Positions 38,500-48,949 of a DNA stretch of 64,000 bases are shown in pieces (the first letter of the stretch is position 1; every line of letters begins with the position of its first letter). The notes beneath the pieces were generated by a model that was not told where the DNA came from, did no database searches, and worked only from the letters and a program-made list of their open reading frames with translations. Position numbers and translations under genes: made by a program. Origin of the DNA: a bacterium. GTDB lineage: Bacteria; JAMCPX01. The stretch is from the NCBI GenBank assembly GCA_021792615.1, contig JAJYUJ010000006.1, positions 15,700 to 79,699 on the forward strand, given 5' to 3'.

Positions 38500-40101
38500 T
38501 TATTCCCGGTCAATGGTGTGGACAGCTGCATCTACCGCAATCTCGATACTGTATTTCTGTATCTTGTACCCGAGTTGTCTCTGGGTAATACCGAGCAGCC
38601 GGGCAGCCTTTGCCTTGATGCCGCCGGTCTTTTTCAGCGCATCTATAATCCTGCTTTTTTCCATGTCCTCTACCATACTGTCGAGTTTGTAATGTTCCGG
38701 TATTGTCCGCTGGGCATGTGCCGTGGAGGTTTTTTCAATCTCGCTGCTTATCACCGGCAGCGGGATATCGGTTACGTTGATCACACTGCCCTTTGTCATG
38801 ATCACGGTCCGTTCTATCATGTTCTCAAGCTCTCTTACATTGCCGGGCCAGTTGTAGTTTATCATAAATTCCATCGCCTGCCCGGACAGTTTTAACGATT
38901 TACCATGTTCCTTGTTGAACCGTGTCAAAAAATGCTCGACCAATAAAGGAATATCCTCTTTACGCTCGCGCAAAGCCGGCATAAATATCGGTACGACATT
39001 CAGCCTGTAATAAAGATCTTCCCTGAATACCCTGTTTTTTATCCCTTTCTCGAGATCGCTGTTCGTGGCTGCTATAATCCGGACATCCGCTTCGATGGTC
39101 TTATTTCCGCCTAACCGTTCAAAACGTTTTTCCTGGATTACCCGTAAAAGCTTTGCCTGTGTCGAAAGGCTTATCTCGCCTATTTCATCCAGGAAAATCG
39201 TCCCTTCATTGGCAAGCTCGAACCTGCCCTTCTTGGTTTCAAAAGCACCGGTGAATGACCCTTTCTCATGTCCAAACAATTCACTTTCAAGCAGGGTATC
39301 CGGCAAGGCTGCGCAGTTCATTTTAACAAACGGTTTTCCTGCTCTGGGGCTGTGAAAATGGATCGCCCTCGCCACGAGCTCCTTGCCCGTTCCGCTCTCA
39401 CCCCTGAGTAGTACCGTTGCCTTAGTCGGGCTCACCCGGTCTATGATCTCGAACACCTCTTCGATGCCCGGGCTGATACCTATGATGTTCTCCGGCCGGT
39501 ATTTGGATTTCAATTCTTTGATCAGGACGGACTTTTCTTGCTCCATATCCTGACGCTGCTTTTCTATTCTCTGGTTCAGGCTCATAGCCTGGCCTATCAG
39601 TGCTGCTATCATGGACAGCAGGTTAACGTCTTCCTCAAAAGAGCTCTCATCGGTAAGCAGCTTTTGAACGCTTAAAACCGCTACAACCTTTTTATCTGTT
39701 TTGACCGGTACTGCGATATACGATAGATTATCTTTGACGAGCTCTTTGCCTGTTTTATTCATAAACATCGGCTCATCTTTCACATCGGGCAGAACAATCG
39801 GCACACCGCTTTTCCCGACCTTGCCGGTTATGCCTTCGCCCATCTTATATCTGCCCTTCTGCCGTTCTTCGTGGGTAAATCCGTACGCATAATGAATGAC
39901 AAACTCTTTTGTCTCAGGCTCGAAAACAAACAATGCAATCCTCTGGATATCAAGATATGTCGCAAGTAATTTCAGGCTCGAATGAATAGATGTCCCGAAG
40001 TCCATGGCAGATGCGAGCTGCTTGCTTATCTCGTACAGCACGGTCAACTGTTTTTTCCTATTGTTCAGTTGTTTTATATAACCATTCGGCGTTTTAGGCA
40101 T
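38500..40101 (-). CDS. sigma54-dependent transcriptional activator with N-terminal GAF domain (NifA/NtrC-like nitrogen regulator)
   Basis: 533 aa with an N-terminal GAF-like domain and an AAA+ sigma54-interaction domain (GESGTGKE, GAFTGA-equivalent FTGAFETKKGRFELANEGTIFLDEI, ESELFGHEKGSFTGA). A C-terminal Fis-type HTH is present (AARLLGITQRQLGYKIQKY). Confidence 0.85.
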   Translation of the reverse strand: MPKTPNGYIKQLNNRKKQLTVLYEISKQLASAMDFGTSIHSSLKLLATYLDIQRIALFVFEPETKEFVIHYAYGFTHEERQKGRYKMGEGITGKVGKSGVPIVLPDVKDEPMFMNKTGKELVKDNLSYIAVPVKTDKKVVAVLSVQKLLTDESSFEEDVNLLSMIAALIGQAMSLNQRIEKQRQDMEQEKSVLIKELKSKYRPENIIGISPGIEEVFEIIDRVSPTKATVLLRGESGTGKELVARAIHFHSPRAGKPFVKMNCAALPDTLLESELFGHEKGSFTGAFETKKGRFELANEGTIFLDEIGEISLSTQAKLLRVIQEKRFERLGGNKTIEADVRIIAATNSDLEKGIKNRVFREDLYYRLNVVPIFMPALRERKEDIPLLVEHFLTRFNKEHGKSLKLSGQAMEFMINYNWPGNVRELENMIERTVIMTKGSVINVTDIPLPVISSEIEKTSTAHAQRTIPEHYKLDSMVEDMEKSRIIDALKKTGGIKAKAARLLGITQRQLGYKIQKYSIEIAVDAAVHTIDRE

Positions 40102-41044
40102 AAAAGGCCTTTTCTATAATCTCGCTTAATCTTTTATTCCTGTCATTCATATCAATCCATAATGCATCTTTTATGCCTTTAAACCAGGTAATCTGCCTTT
40201 TGGCATAAGCCTTCGTATGTCTTTTTATGAGCTCCACAGCTTCGGAAAGGTCGGTTTTCTTATTCAGGTAATCGATTATTTCACTGTATCCGACGGTCTT
40301 CATTGCGGGGAGATCACTACTATAACCTTTATGGATCAACGACTTAACTTCATCTATCAACCCATCTGAAAGCATTTTATCGACACGTTTGTCTATAATT
40401 TCATGATACTGCTGTTTGTCCGGATTATAAAGAACGATGTACACGTATTCATATTTTGTACGGGAAAAGCCGTGCCGCTCCGTATATTCATACAGCGGCT
40501 TGTTTGTTGCAGTGAAAACCTCCAGTGCGCGTATCAACCGGTAACTATCGCTTTTTTTTATATGTGCGGCATCTACGGGATCCAATTGTTTGAGACGTTC
40601 ATAGAGGGCGTCGTTGCCATAAAGCTTTTGCTGCTGTCTGATGGAATCCCTTATCGCCGCATCAAGCGGGGGTAGCGGAGCAAGGCCGTGCAGCAGCGCT
40701 TTAATATAAAATCCCGTTCCCCCTGTGACGAAGGGAACGCGGCCCTTGCGGATAATTCCATGAATGCATGTATCAGCCATGGTAACGTACTGTGCAGAAC
40801 TGAAACGCACCGAAGGTTCAACCACGTCTATCATGTGGTGCGGAACAGCATGTAACTGTGTTTTGCCGGGCTTTGCAGTTCCTATATCCATATACTTGTA
40901 TACCTGCCTTGAATCGCAGTTCACTATCTCCGCGCCGAATGATGCGGCAAGATCAAGTGCACATCCGGTTTTTCCGGCAGCCGTCGGACCTGCTATGATA
41001 ATAATTTTTTGTTTGGCAGGCGGTATATCGGGATTATGCGCCAT
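40094..41044 (-). CDS. miaA: tRNA dimethylallyltransferase
   Basis: 316 aa with P-loop GPTAAGKT and typical MiaA length. It overlaps the regulator start by 8 nt. Confidence 0.85.
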   Translation of the reverse strand: MAHNPDIPPAKQKIIIIAGPTAAGKTGCALDLAASFGAEIVNCDSRQVYKYMDIGTAKPGKTQLHAVPHHMIDVVEPSVRFSSAQYVTMADTCIHGIIRKGRVPFVTGGTGFYIKALLHGLAPLPPLDAAIRDSIRQQQKLYGNDALYERLKQLDPVDAAHIKKSDSYRLIRALEVFTATNKPLYEYTERHGFSRTKYEYVYIVLYNPDKQQYHEIIDKRVDKMLSDGLIDEVKSLIHKGYSSDLPAMKTVGYSEIIDYLNKKTDLSEAVELIKRHTKAYAKRQITWFKGIKDALWIDMNDRNKRLSEIIEKAFYA

Positions 41045-41423
41045 CGCTGCTTTTGAATCTATAGGAGCATTTATATTCTATATCATCCATATCATGTTCA
41101 TACAATGGGAACGCCCTGCACTGGAGGGGCCTGAATTTATAAATACGGCACGATGTATGACCGTCTTTCCCGGACAGAAAAGGACAATGGACAACAATCT
41201 TACAGCACTGGCCGCATTGATCACACGTCCCTTCCCTTAAGTTTATACTTTCCCTGACATACCGCCTCCTGAAGTGTACTAAAACAAACCGTTTTATCTT
41301 GTGGTAGAACAGAATCATGGTATTGTTGAGTATGTCCCGTTTCTGGATAACGACATCTACGAATGCAGATTTTGACGATGAGTTTTTTATTTTAATCCCC
41401 CTTGAGTCATAAAATCTATCCAA
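41034..41423 (-). CDS. YkgJ-family (CxxCxxCC) putative Zn/Fe-chelating protein
   Basis: Motif CDQCGQCC plus downstream Cys residues (CPF, CRIY, CRAF). The true start may be internal (for example Met at 41318), since the listed start overlaps the upstream RND gene. Confidence 0.45.
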   Translation of the reverse strand: MDRFYDSRGIKIKNSSSKSAFVDVVIQKRDILNNTMILFYHKIKRFVLVHFRRRYVRESINLREGTCDQCGQCCKIVVHCPFLSGKDGHTSCRIYKFRPLQCRAFPLYEHDMDDIEYKCSYRFKSSDGA

Positions 41424-44400
41424 CCTTTTGCCGATTGGTCTGTCCCCGGCTTAAGTATTTATCAATTAGCACATATATGCCCGGTAAGGCAATAAGGGTA
41501 AAAATCGTTGATGTTATCAGCCCGCCGATAAGAACGATTGCCATGGGCTTGTCTATCTCGGCACCAGTGCCTATACCGAGTGCCAGCGGTAAAACAGCCA
41601 CGGATGCACTCATGGCTGTCATTAAAACAGGCCGCATCCTCGTTACACCGGCGTGCCGTGCGGATTCTATATCGTCCATACCCGCGGCCTTATTATAAAT
41701 AATATATTCCACGAGCAGTATCGCTTTCTGAACCGACAACCCGAAGTGGGCAAGAAAGCCTATGATAGAGGAAATATTCAGGCTCGTATGTGTTATGATC
41801 AGTGCGAGCACCCCGCCGATAAGAGAGAAGGGTATGAACAAAAGTACGAGCCCTGCTATGGCAAACGAATCGAAGGCAACATACAGGATAATAAATATCA
41901 GGGCAGCGATAATACCCATGATAAGTAAAATCCTTTTTACCATATCACTCTGTGTTCTGTATTCACCACCGAGTGCGACGGAATAGCCCGCCGGGAGATT
42001 GAGCCTTTTTATCGTTCTCTTTATATCGTTTATCACGGTACCGGTTGATCTTCCCGCAATGTTGCACGAAAGCTGAAGCACCCTTTCCATGTTCTCCCTT
42101 CTTACGATAAACGGCGCAGCCTGATAGCGCACATTTGCAACATACGACAGCGGTATCTTCTTGCCGCTACCTGCGTCGATAAGAAGGTTCGAGATGCTTT
42201 TCAGGCTGTCCCTGAATTGCGGCATGGCACGGACATATACCTCATACTGCCGGATCCCCTGCCGGTATATTGTCGCAACCCTGCCAGCAAGTGCGGTTTG
42301 AATATCGCCTCCGACTTGCTGCGGCGTAACACCGTATATTCCGAGCTTTGCCCTGTTGATATCTATTGCTATGCCCGGCGCACTCTTTGTCTGTTCTATG
42401 TAGAGATCTTGAATGCCACGAATCTTTGAAAGCATCGCGTACAACCGCGCTCCGTTTTCATCCAGGACATGCTGATTATTGCCGAATATTTTTATGGCAA
42501 GGGAGCCTCCGACAGCTATGCCTGATAATGCTTCCTGGAGCCGCTCTGTCAGAGGTGTCGTAATGATAATGGCTACGTCTTTCGTAGAAGGTACATGGAT
42601 GCGGATCCAGTCATCAATCTGTGCAATGGTATATTTTCTTTTTGACCACGGCACAAGCTTTAAAAATATCCCTGATTTTCTGATACCCTCGTCCTTGGGG
42701 GCATTCTCCGGTCTGCCCATATGGGCAATAACATCTTCAACATCCGGCGCATGCCTGAGAATACCGGAGATTGCCATTGCTCTTTTTGTTGTCTCTGCCA
42801 ATGCCGTGCCAGGCGGCATGTGTATCTTTACGAGGATTGCGCCCTCATCTATGGATGGAAGAAAGCCTGTCGTTATGAACCTCGATAATCCGATAACAAG
42901 GACCAGGGACACGAGCATAAAGCCGATAATATAAAAGGGATGCTTTAATGAGAATGTCAATGCCGGCTTGTAGATGCGTTTCAGATTTCTGTCGACAAGA
43001 CCTTCTTTTTCCTGCAAATTCGCAGGGGCGGGTTTTAAACCGGCCCCTGCCTTTGGTTTGAGCAACATATAGGCAAGCACCGGTGTCAGGGTAAGCGAGA
43101 GAACAAATCCTATAATGATAGATGCTACAACCGTAAAACTGAAGTCTTTAAAAATAGCTCCGGTGAAACCCGGCAGCGTATAGAGCGGCAGGAACACCAC
43201 AATGATAATGACGGTCGAATAGATAACAGGCCTTCTCACCTCGAGGGAGCCTTCCAGAGTCGCCATGAGCGGGTCATCAGGCTTCATCTTCAGATGTCTG
43301 AAGATGTTTTCCGTATCTATGATAGCCGCGTCTATCATGATGCCGAGTCCGACAACCAGACCCCCGAGGCTCATGACGTTAAGGCTCTCGTTGAAAAGCT
43401 TCATGAAGATGAATGTTATGATAATGGCTGTGGGAATAATGATCGCAATGACCAGTGTCGTAGAGATGTCCGCCATGATCAGAAATATGATGATGATAAC
43501 GGCAATCGTACCTATGATAATGGCATCCCTGAGGTTCGTTATTGCGGCATCGATAAGCGTTGATTGATCGTTATACGTATGCAGGGTTACACCCCCGGGC
43601 AAGGATTTCCGGATGATTTCGAGCTTGTCACTGACAGCTTTCATAATGGGCATTGCATTCAATCCGTACTGCTTGACCACGGTGCCGAGTACGGCAGGCC
43701 TGCCGTCAACCATAGCATTGCCCTGTCTGATATGATGACCTATGCGAATATCTGCAATCGTATCGAGATAAACGGGAACGTTGGCACGTGTTGCGACAAC
43801 AATATGCGAGATATTGCGGAAGTTTTTTATCAATCCGTTCCCCCGTATGGAGTAGGCAACAGGCCCCTTGATCAGGTACCCTCCTGTAAAGATAACATTG
43901 TTATCCCTCACCGCCCTCACCACCTTGTCGATGGGAATGCCATAAGATTTCAGGCGATCCATATTGACGAGGATTTGATACTGCGCAACCTCGCCTCCGA
44001 TATTTGTGATATCATAGATGCCGGGGATCATTTCGAGCTGATATTTGATATCGTACTCGGCAATGGCCCTTAATGCCTTGGGATTTTCATCGCCGGTCAG
44101 ATAATACTGGATAATCTCGGACATCCTGTCTGCAGCATTCGATATAATGGGCGGCCTTATCTCTGGCGGGAGAAAGGGTGCGAGAGCGGATATGCGCTGG
44201 GACAGCAGTTCAAGCGCCTGAAAATAATTTGTCCCCCAAACGAATTTTACGATAACGACGGACAATCCTATCTTTGATTTCGACCATACCTTTTCAACCC
44301 CGAGTAGGCCGCGTGTCGACTGCTCCACGGGAAAAGTAATCTCTCTCTCAACATACTCTGATGGCAGTCCGGGATCCGTAATGAATATCTTAAAAATGGG

Positions 44401-44532
44401 TGAATTCAGGTCAGGCAGCAATGTCCTGTCAAGCCTGTTGTAGGTGAGTACGCCGCCGATGGTCAGCAGTGTAACCACCAGCAGGATCAAAAGCCTGTGT
44501 GTCAATGAAAAATGTATGATCTTCTTAAACAT
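41416..44532 (-). CDS. RND-superfamily efflux permease (AcrB/CzcA-type), paralog 2
   Basis: 1038 aa with 12-TM RND topology and two large periplasmic loops, and conserved TM4-region acidic residues. Confidence 0.85.
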   Translation of the reverse strand: MFKKIIHFSLTHRLLILLVVTLLTIGGVLTYNRLDRTLLPDLNSPIFKIFITDPGLPSEYVEREITFPVEQSTRGLLGVEKVWSKSKIGLSVVIVKFVWGTNYFQALELLSQRISALAPFLPPEIRPPIISNAADRMSEIIQYYLTGDENPKALRAIAEYDIKYQLEMIPGIYDITNIGGEVAQYQILVNMDRLKSYGIPIDKVVRAVRDNNVIFTGGYLIKGPVAYSIRGNGLIKNFRNISHIVVATRANVPVYLDTIADIRIGHHIRQGNAMVDGRPAVLGTVVKQYGLNAMPIMKAVSDKLEIIRKSLPGGVTLHTYNDQSTLIDAAITNLRDAIIIGTIAVIIIIFLIMADISTTLVIAIIIPTAIIITFIFMKLFNESLNVMSLGGLVVGLGIMIDAAIIDTENIFRHLKMKPDDPLMATLEGSLEVRRPVIYSTVIIIVVFLPLYTLPGFTGAIFKDFSFTVVASIIIGFVLSLTLTPVLAYMLLKPKAGAGLKPAPANLQEKEGLVDRNLKRIYKPALTFSLKHPFYIIGFMLVSLVLVIGLSRFITTGFLPSIDEGAILVKIHMPPGTALAETTKRAMAISGILRHAPDVEDVIAHMGRPENAPKDEGIRKSGIFLKLVPWSKRKYTIAQIDDWIRIHVPSTKDVAIIITTPLTERLQEALSGIAVGGSLAIKIFGNNQHVLDENGARLYAMLSKIRGIQDLYIEQTKSAPGIAIDINRAKLGIYGVTPQQVGGDIQTALAGRVATIYRQGIRQYEVYVRAMPQFRDSLKSISNLLIDAGSGKKIPLSYVANVRYQAAPFIVRRENMERVLQLSCNIAGRSTGTVINDIKRTIKRLNLPAGYSVALGGEYRTQSDMVKRILLIMGIIAALIFIILYVAFDSFAIAGLVLLFIPFSLIGGVLALIITHTSLNISSIIGFLAHFGLSVQKAILLVEYIIYNKAAGMDDIESARHAGVTRMRPVLMTAMSASVAVLPLALGIGTGAEIDKPMAIVLIGGLITSTIFTLIALPGIYVLIDKYLSRGQTNRQKVG

Positions 44533-44555
44533 AGTATCTCACATTTCTCGTGGTT

Positions 44556-44629
44556 GTCATTGTGAGCGAAGCGAAGCAATCTTCCTCTCTACGAGTAGAT
44601 TGCTTCGTCATTTTATTCCTCGCAATGAC
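44556..44629. repeat. nested-palindrome intergenic repeat (GTCATTGTGAGCGAAGCGAAGCAATC ... GATTGCTTCG...CTCGCAATGAC) between the two RND genes
   Basis: The outer arms GTCATTGTGAG / CTCGCAATGAC and the inner arms GAAGCAATC / GATTGCTTC are reverse complements. It encodes the spurious peptide CHCERSEAI in ORF 44444-44665. A related arm, GTCATTGCGA...GAAGCAATCTC, appears at 54424-54458. Confidence 0.8.
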
Positions 44630-44633
44630 CCTT

Positions 44634-47600
44634 TCATTTTGTTGTCCTTTTCTGATTACGCATAAACAAATAATACATCACCGGCAGAACGATAAGAAGC
44701 AGGAATATCGACAGCGAAAATCCGCCGATAATCGCTATGGCGAGGGGCTTGTGCATCTGTGCTCCTGCCCCAAGGCCCAGTGCAAGCGGCATTAAGGCGA
44801 GTATTGCCGCAAGTGCCGTCATCATTATAGGACGTATCCTCAGGCTGCCGGCCTTGATGACAGCCTCTTTTAAAGGAAGACCGCTCTGTAAAGCATCCTG
44901 AATGTAATGTACAACGAATATGCCGTTTTCAGCCACAATGCCGACGATCATAATCATGCCCATAAGGGATGAGATATTGAGAGGGGTCTTCGTCAAATAT
45001 AAGAGACCGAGCACACCGAAAAATGACGGCAGGATAACACTGTAGATGATAATCGGCACAGCGAGCGATTCGAACTCAAGGATCATAATGGTAAATACCA
45101 GAGCAACGGCCATAAGCAAAACCATGAGCAGGCCCTTGAATGATTCCTGCTGGTTCCGGTAAACACCGCCATAGCTGATGCTCGTACCCGGCGGCAAGGT
45201 AAGTTTCTTCACCAATTCAGCCTTGACATCACGCATGACGCTTCCCAGGTCCCTTCCGCTTATCCTGCCGGTAACCGCCAGCATCCGCCGCAGATTTTCC
45301 CGGTCGATCTCCGCCTCGCCTCCGATCACCTGAATAGTGGCAATAGACTTCAGAGGGACGACGAGCCCGCTGGGCGTAACGATCTGCATGGATGCAAGCT
45401 TCTTTATGGTATTCGTTTCGGATGCAGGCATCAGCACCCTTATATTGATGACCTTTTCCCCCTCCCGCACGCTGGTTGCTACCGAACCCCACAATGCGGT
45501 GGTAACATAATCCGATACATACTGCGGCGTAACACCGACAAGCCCCGCCTTCAGATAATCGACATTGACGTTTATTGCAGGACCACTGATCGTAATGCCG
45601 TTGAACACATCGACAACGCCCTTTATCTTCGTGATAATAGCCGCTATTTTATTTGCTATGGTATCGAGAACACCGGTATTGTCGGAAAATATTTTTATAT
45701 CGATGGGCATAGGAGAGCCGGTCATGTCCCCGATCAAGTCCTGCATGATCTGTCCAAAATCTACATACACCTTGCCGGGTTCTGCCTGGTAGACCTTCTG
45801 CCTCAGTTCATTGATTACCTGCTCGATGGATTTATTCCTGTGATTTCTCAGACGTATCAGGAAGTCGCCCGTGTTCGGCTCGGTTATGAAAAACCCGAGC
45901 TGGGTGCCTGTCCTGCGTGAAAACGACTTGACCTCTCTGATGCTGAGGATGATCTTTTCTATCTTTTTTAGAATCCGGTTCGTTTCCTCAAGCGTTGTCC
46001 CGGGCGGCGTAAAATAATCCATGACAAATGCTCCCTCATCCATTGCCGGCATGAACCCTGTCCCTATATGCCGCTCCAGCATCCACGCTCCCGCAACCAG
46101 CACGATAATGGCCAGCACAACATACAAAGGTTTGCGAATAATCTTATGCATTGCAGTCTCATAACTGCCGGTCAATGCTTTCATGACCTTCCCTTCTTTT
46201 GCCTCTTTTTCCGTATCCTTGAGAAATATCGTAGCAAGTACGGGAGTCAGGGTAATCGAGACAATCATGGAGACGGTCAGCGCAGATGCCATGGTCAGGG
46301 CAAGAGCCTTAAAAAATGCACCTGTTACACCGCCGAGAAATGCGAGCGGGAAGAAAACGACGATCGTACTCAGGCTTGAACCGACGATAGCAGGCAGTAT
46401 CTCTTTCACACCGGTTTCGACCGCACGTTTCTTCGACCCATGCGCATGAAAATGCCTGATAATATTTTCCAGCACAACGATAGAATCGTCGATGATAAGC
46501 CCGATGGATGCAGCCATGCCTCCCAGGGTCATAAGGTTCAGGGTCTGGCCAAAGAGCTTCATCAAAACGACCGTTATAATGAGCGTAATAGGCAGCGTGA
46601 TGGCGGTAATAAACATGATCCGCACATTTCTCAGGAACAGAAACATGATGATAATGGCGATAAGCACACCAAACAGTATCGCGTCACGGACACTCCCGTA
46701 GGACTGCTCGATCAGGCTGGACTGATTATACCACGTCGATATATGCAGCGACGGGGGCAATTGAGACTTGAGCTCTTTAAGCTTGTTCTTGAGCTCTTTT
46801 GCTATTGCTATGGTATTCGCACCCGGCTGGCGCAGGACGTTCATTAAAACGGCATTATGGCCATTACTGGTTATGCGGATGTATTGCTTTTTCACCGATG
46901 TTTCTACCTTTGCCACATCCCGCACGTAGATAGGCACGCCCTTTTTATTCGCTATCAGGGTATCTTTCATTGCCGTCGTCGACGTGAAAAGTCCTGTCGG
47001 CTGAACCATGTAGAGCTCATAATCCTTGCCGATGTAACCCGAGGATGAAATGATATTCGTTTCCTTCAACCCGCGGATCACATCATCGAGCGTAAGGTGG
47101 TATGCAACAAGCCTCTGCGGATTTACGACGACGTGGTATTCCTTGATCTTCCCTCCCTGCACCACGACCTGAGAAACACCCTTTAACCTGCCGAGTATGG
47201 GTCTGAGTGTATAATAACCGATATCCCGTAACTGGACCATGTTGAGTGTATCCGAGGTCAGGCTGAGCCCTATAATAGGGAACTGACTCGGCCGCATCCA
47301 GTTTACTGTGACCGATGCGGTTTGCGGTAATTTGGATCGGATCTGGTTTATGGCGTTCTGGGTCAACTGAAGAGACTTGAACATATCCGTACCCCAGACG
47401 AAGTTTACGAAGATCTGCATGGAACCGCGGCTTGTTGCAGACCGCACGTCCGTTACGCCCGGGACAGAGTAAACCGCCTCTTCGATCGGCTTTGTCACCT
47501 CTATCATCATCTTTTCGATGGGCATGTCCCCGTTGTCCGCAAGAATGACAAGTCTTGGAAAGGTGATCTCCGGAAAGATCGCGACCGGCATGGTATTGAG

Positions 47601-47684
47601 CAAAATAATACCGATTGCCGCCAATACGACGGAGAGGAAGATTATTCCCTTTCTATGCGTCTCAAAGAATTTAGAAATGTCCAT
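44634..47684 (-). CDS. RND-superfamily efflux permease, paralog 1
   Basis: The start is taken at MDISKFF (47684). 12-TM RND architecture. It is only distantly similar to the second RND gene. Confidence 0.85.
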   Translation of the reverse strand: MDISKFFETHRKGIIFLSVVLAAIGIILLNTMPVAIFPEITFPRLVILADNGDMPIEKMMIEVTKPIEEAVYSVPGVTDVRSATSRGSMQIFVNFVWGTDMFKSLQLTQNAINQIRSKLPQTASVTVNWMRPSQFPIIGLSLTSDTLNMVQLRDIGYYTLRPILGRLKGVSQVVVQGGKIKEYHVVVNPQRLVAYHLTLDDVIRGLKETNIISSSGYIGKDYELYMVQPTGLFTSTTAMKDTLIANKKGVPIYVRDVAKVETSVKKQYIRITSNGHNAVLMNVLRQPGANTIAIAKELKNKLKELKSQLPPSLHISTWYNQSSLIEQSYGSVRDAILFGVLIAIIIMFLFLRNVRIMFITAITLPITLIITVVLMKLFGQTLNLMTLGGMAASIGLIIDDSIVVLENIIRHFHAHGSKKRAVETGVKEILPAIVGSSLSTIVVFFPLAFLGGVTGAFFKALALTMASALTVSMIVSITLTPVLATIFLKDTEKEAKEGKVMKALTGSYETAMHKIIRKPLYVVLAIIVLVAGAWMLERHIGTGFMPAMDEGAFVMDYFTPPGTTLEETNRILKKIEKIILSIREVKSFSRRTGTQLGFFITEPNTGDFLIRLRNHRNKSIEQVINELRQKVYQAEPGKVYVDFGQIMQDLIGDMTGSPMPIDIKIFSDNTGVLDTIANKIAAIITKIKGVVDVFNGITISGPAINVNVDYLKAGLVGVTPQYVSDYVTTALWGSVATSVREGEKVINIRVLMPASETNTIKKLASMQIVTPSGLVVPLKSIATIQVIGGEAEIDRENLRRMLAVTGRISGRDLGSVMRDVKAELVKKLTLPPGTSISYGGVYRNQQESFKGLLMVLLMAVALVFTIMILEFESLAVPIIIYSVILPSFFGVLGLLYLTKTPLNISSLMGMIMIVGIVAENGIFVVHYIQDALQSGLPLKEAVIKAGSLRIRPIMMTALAAILALMPLALGLGAGAQMHKPLAIAIIGGFSLSIFLLLIVLPVMYYLFMRNQKRTTK

Positions 47685-47881
47685 CGCTCTTGACGCTCTC
47701 ATTCCCGAACTTCGGCGTTATCCCCCTTACATTAGTGGGAGTAAGGGAGTTACTTTTTGCAGCTGTTATCAACCTACTCCGGGAATTCATAACGCCCCCT
47801 GCCCCTCTTTTCTTAAGTGGGGTGACGCTGAAGAATCCACCGTATATATCAATCCGTGTCCTCTCCATAGGGCGCTGCCCG

Positions 47882-48949
47882 TTATTTCGGCTTGTTCATG
47901 ATGGTATCCGTTACCACCTTTACTGCTGTTCCGCCTGCCAATGCGTAATTTCCCTGGGTGATGACAAGCTGTCCCTGACTCAGTCCGCTGAGGACTTCGA
48001 CCTTGCCGTCTTCTTCATAACCAGTCGTAACGCTAACTTCCCGTGCGATAAGATCCTGTCCGACGACCATAACGTATTCCTTCCCTGTGTCCGGATCAAA
48101 GAGGATAGCGTCTTTCGGTACAATAAGCGTGTTTTTATGGGTATTGCTGATAATATCTACAACAGCGAACATGCCGTCCTTTATCTCCTGGTCTTTGTTG
48201 GGAAAACTTACATTGAGCGCTACAGTCTGGGTTTCCTGGGACACGGTGGGGTTGATCGTTACAATCCTGCCGGTGAACACGTCATTCGGAAAAGATAAAA
48301 AATGGATAAGCACGGTATCGCCGATCTTGACCTGCTCAAGATACAGGGAAGGCAGGTCCACATGCAGATAGGTGCTCGATAGATCTTCCACCGCTACAAT
48401 GGGTGCATTTGCCTGAACGAGGGCATTGCTGCTGACATACCGCCTGCTCACATACCCGTTAAATGGTGAAGAGAGCGATAGTATGCCGAGTCTTAAAAAA
48501 TACTGTTTTTTTGCATTGGGTACAGCCGCACTGCCCCGGATAGCCGCTTCAGCTTCAATAGGCCTCAACCGTGCAACCACACTGCCCCTCCTGACAAAAT
48601 CTCCTTCTTTGACCAGCAGCTCCGTAACGACGCCCTCTACAGGGGAGTTGATCTCCACCTTCTTTAAAACATCCACCCTTCCCGTTGCCTGAATAAGGTG
48701 ATTGACGTTCCCGCGTACTACCCGGGCAGCCTTGACCTCGACCTGCGGGGCCTGCTCCGCGACCTGCGGTTTTGAAGAACAGGAAGCAAGGAGGAGTGAG
48801 GCAAGCAGGAATATAAACGCTGAAGAACATTGCCGGACAGGTCTGACAAGCCGGACACGTCCGACCTGTCCAATTGAGCCTGACAATGTTCTTTCTTCCG
48901 ACTTCAGTCCTCCAACTCTCTGTATATTTTTATCTCCCATATATTTCAC
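47882..48949 (-). CDS. RND efflux periplasmic adaptor (membrane fusion protein, HlyD family), lipoprotein
   Basis: Lipobox LLLASCSS. It carries biotinyl-lipoyl-like and beta-barrel MFP domains (VTELLVKEGDFVRRGSVVARL). Its start overlaps the TolC-like gene end. Confidence 0.8.
   Translation of the reverse strand: MKYMGDKNIQRVGGLKSEERTLSGSIGQVGRVRLVRPVRQCSSAFIFLLASLLLASCSSKPQVAEQAPQVEVKAARVVRGNVNHLIQATGRVDVLKKVEINSPVEGVVTELLVKEGDFVRRGSVVARLRPIEAEAAIRGSAAVPNAKKQYFLRLGILSLSSPFNGYVSRRYVSSNALVQANAPIVAVEDLSSTYLHVDLPSLYLEQVKIGDTVLIHFLSFPNDVFTGRIVTINPTVSQETQTVALNVSFPNKDQEIKDGMFAVVDIISNTHKNTLIVPKDAILFDPDTGKEYVMVVGQDLIAREVSVTTGYEEDGKVEVLSGLSQGQLVITQGNYALAGGTAVKVVTDTIMNKPK

Noticed and set aside
44444-44665. 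73-aa plus-strand ORF containing CHCERSEAI
   Set aside because: It is translated from the nested palindrome between the RND genes and overlaps the RND gene end. It is a known repeat-derived pseudo-ORF pattern.
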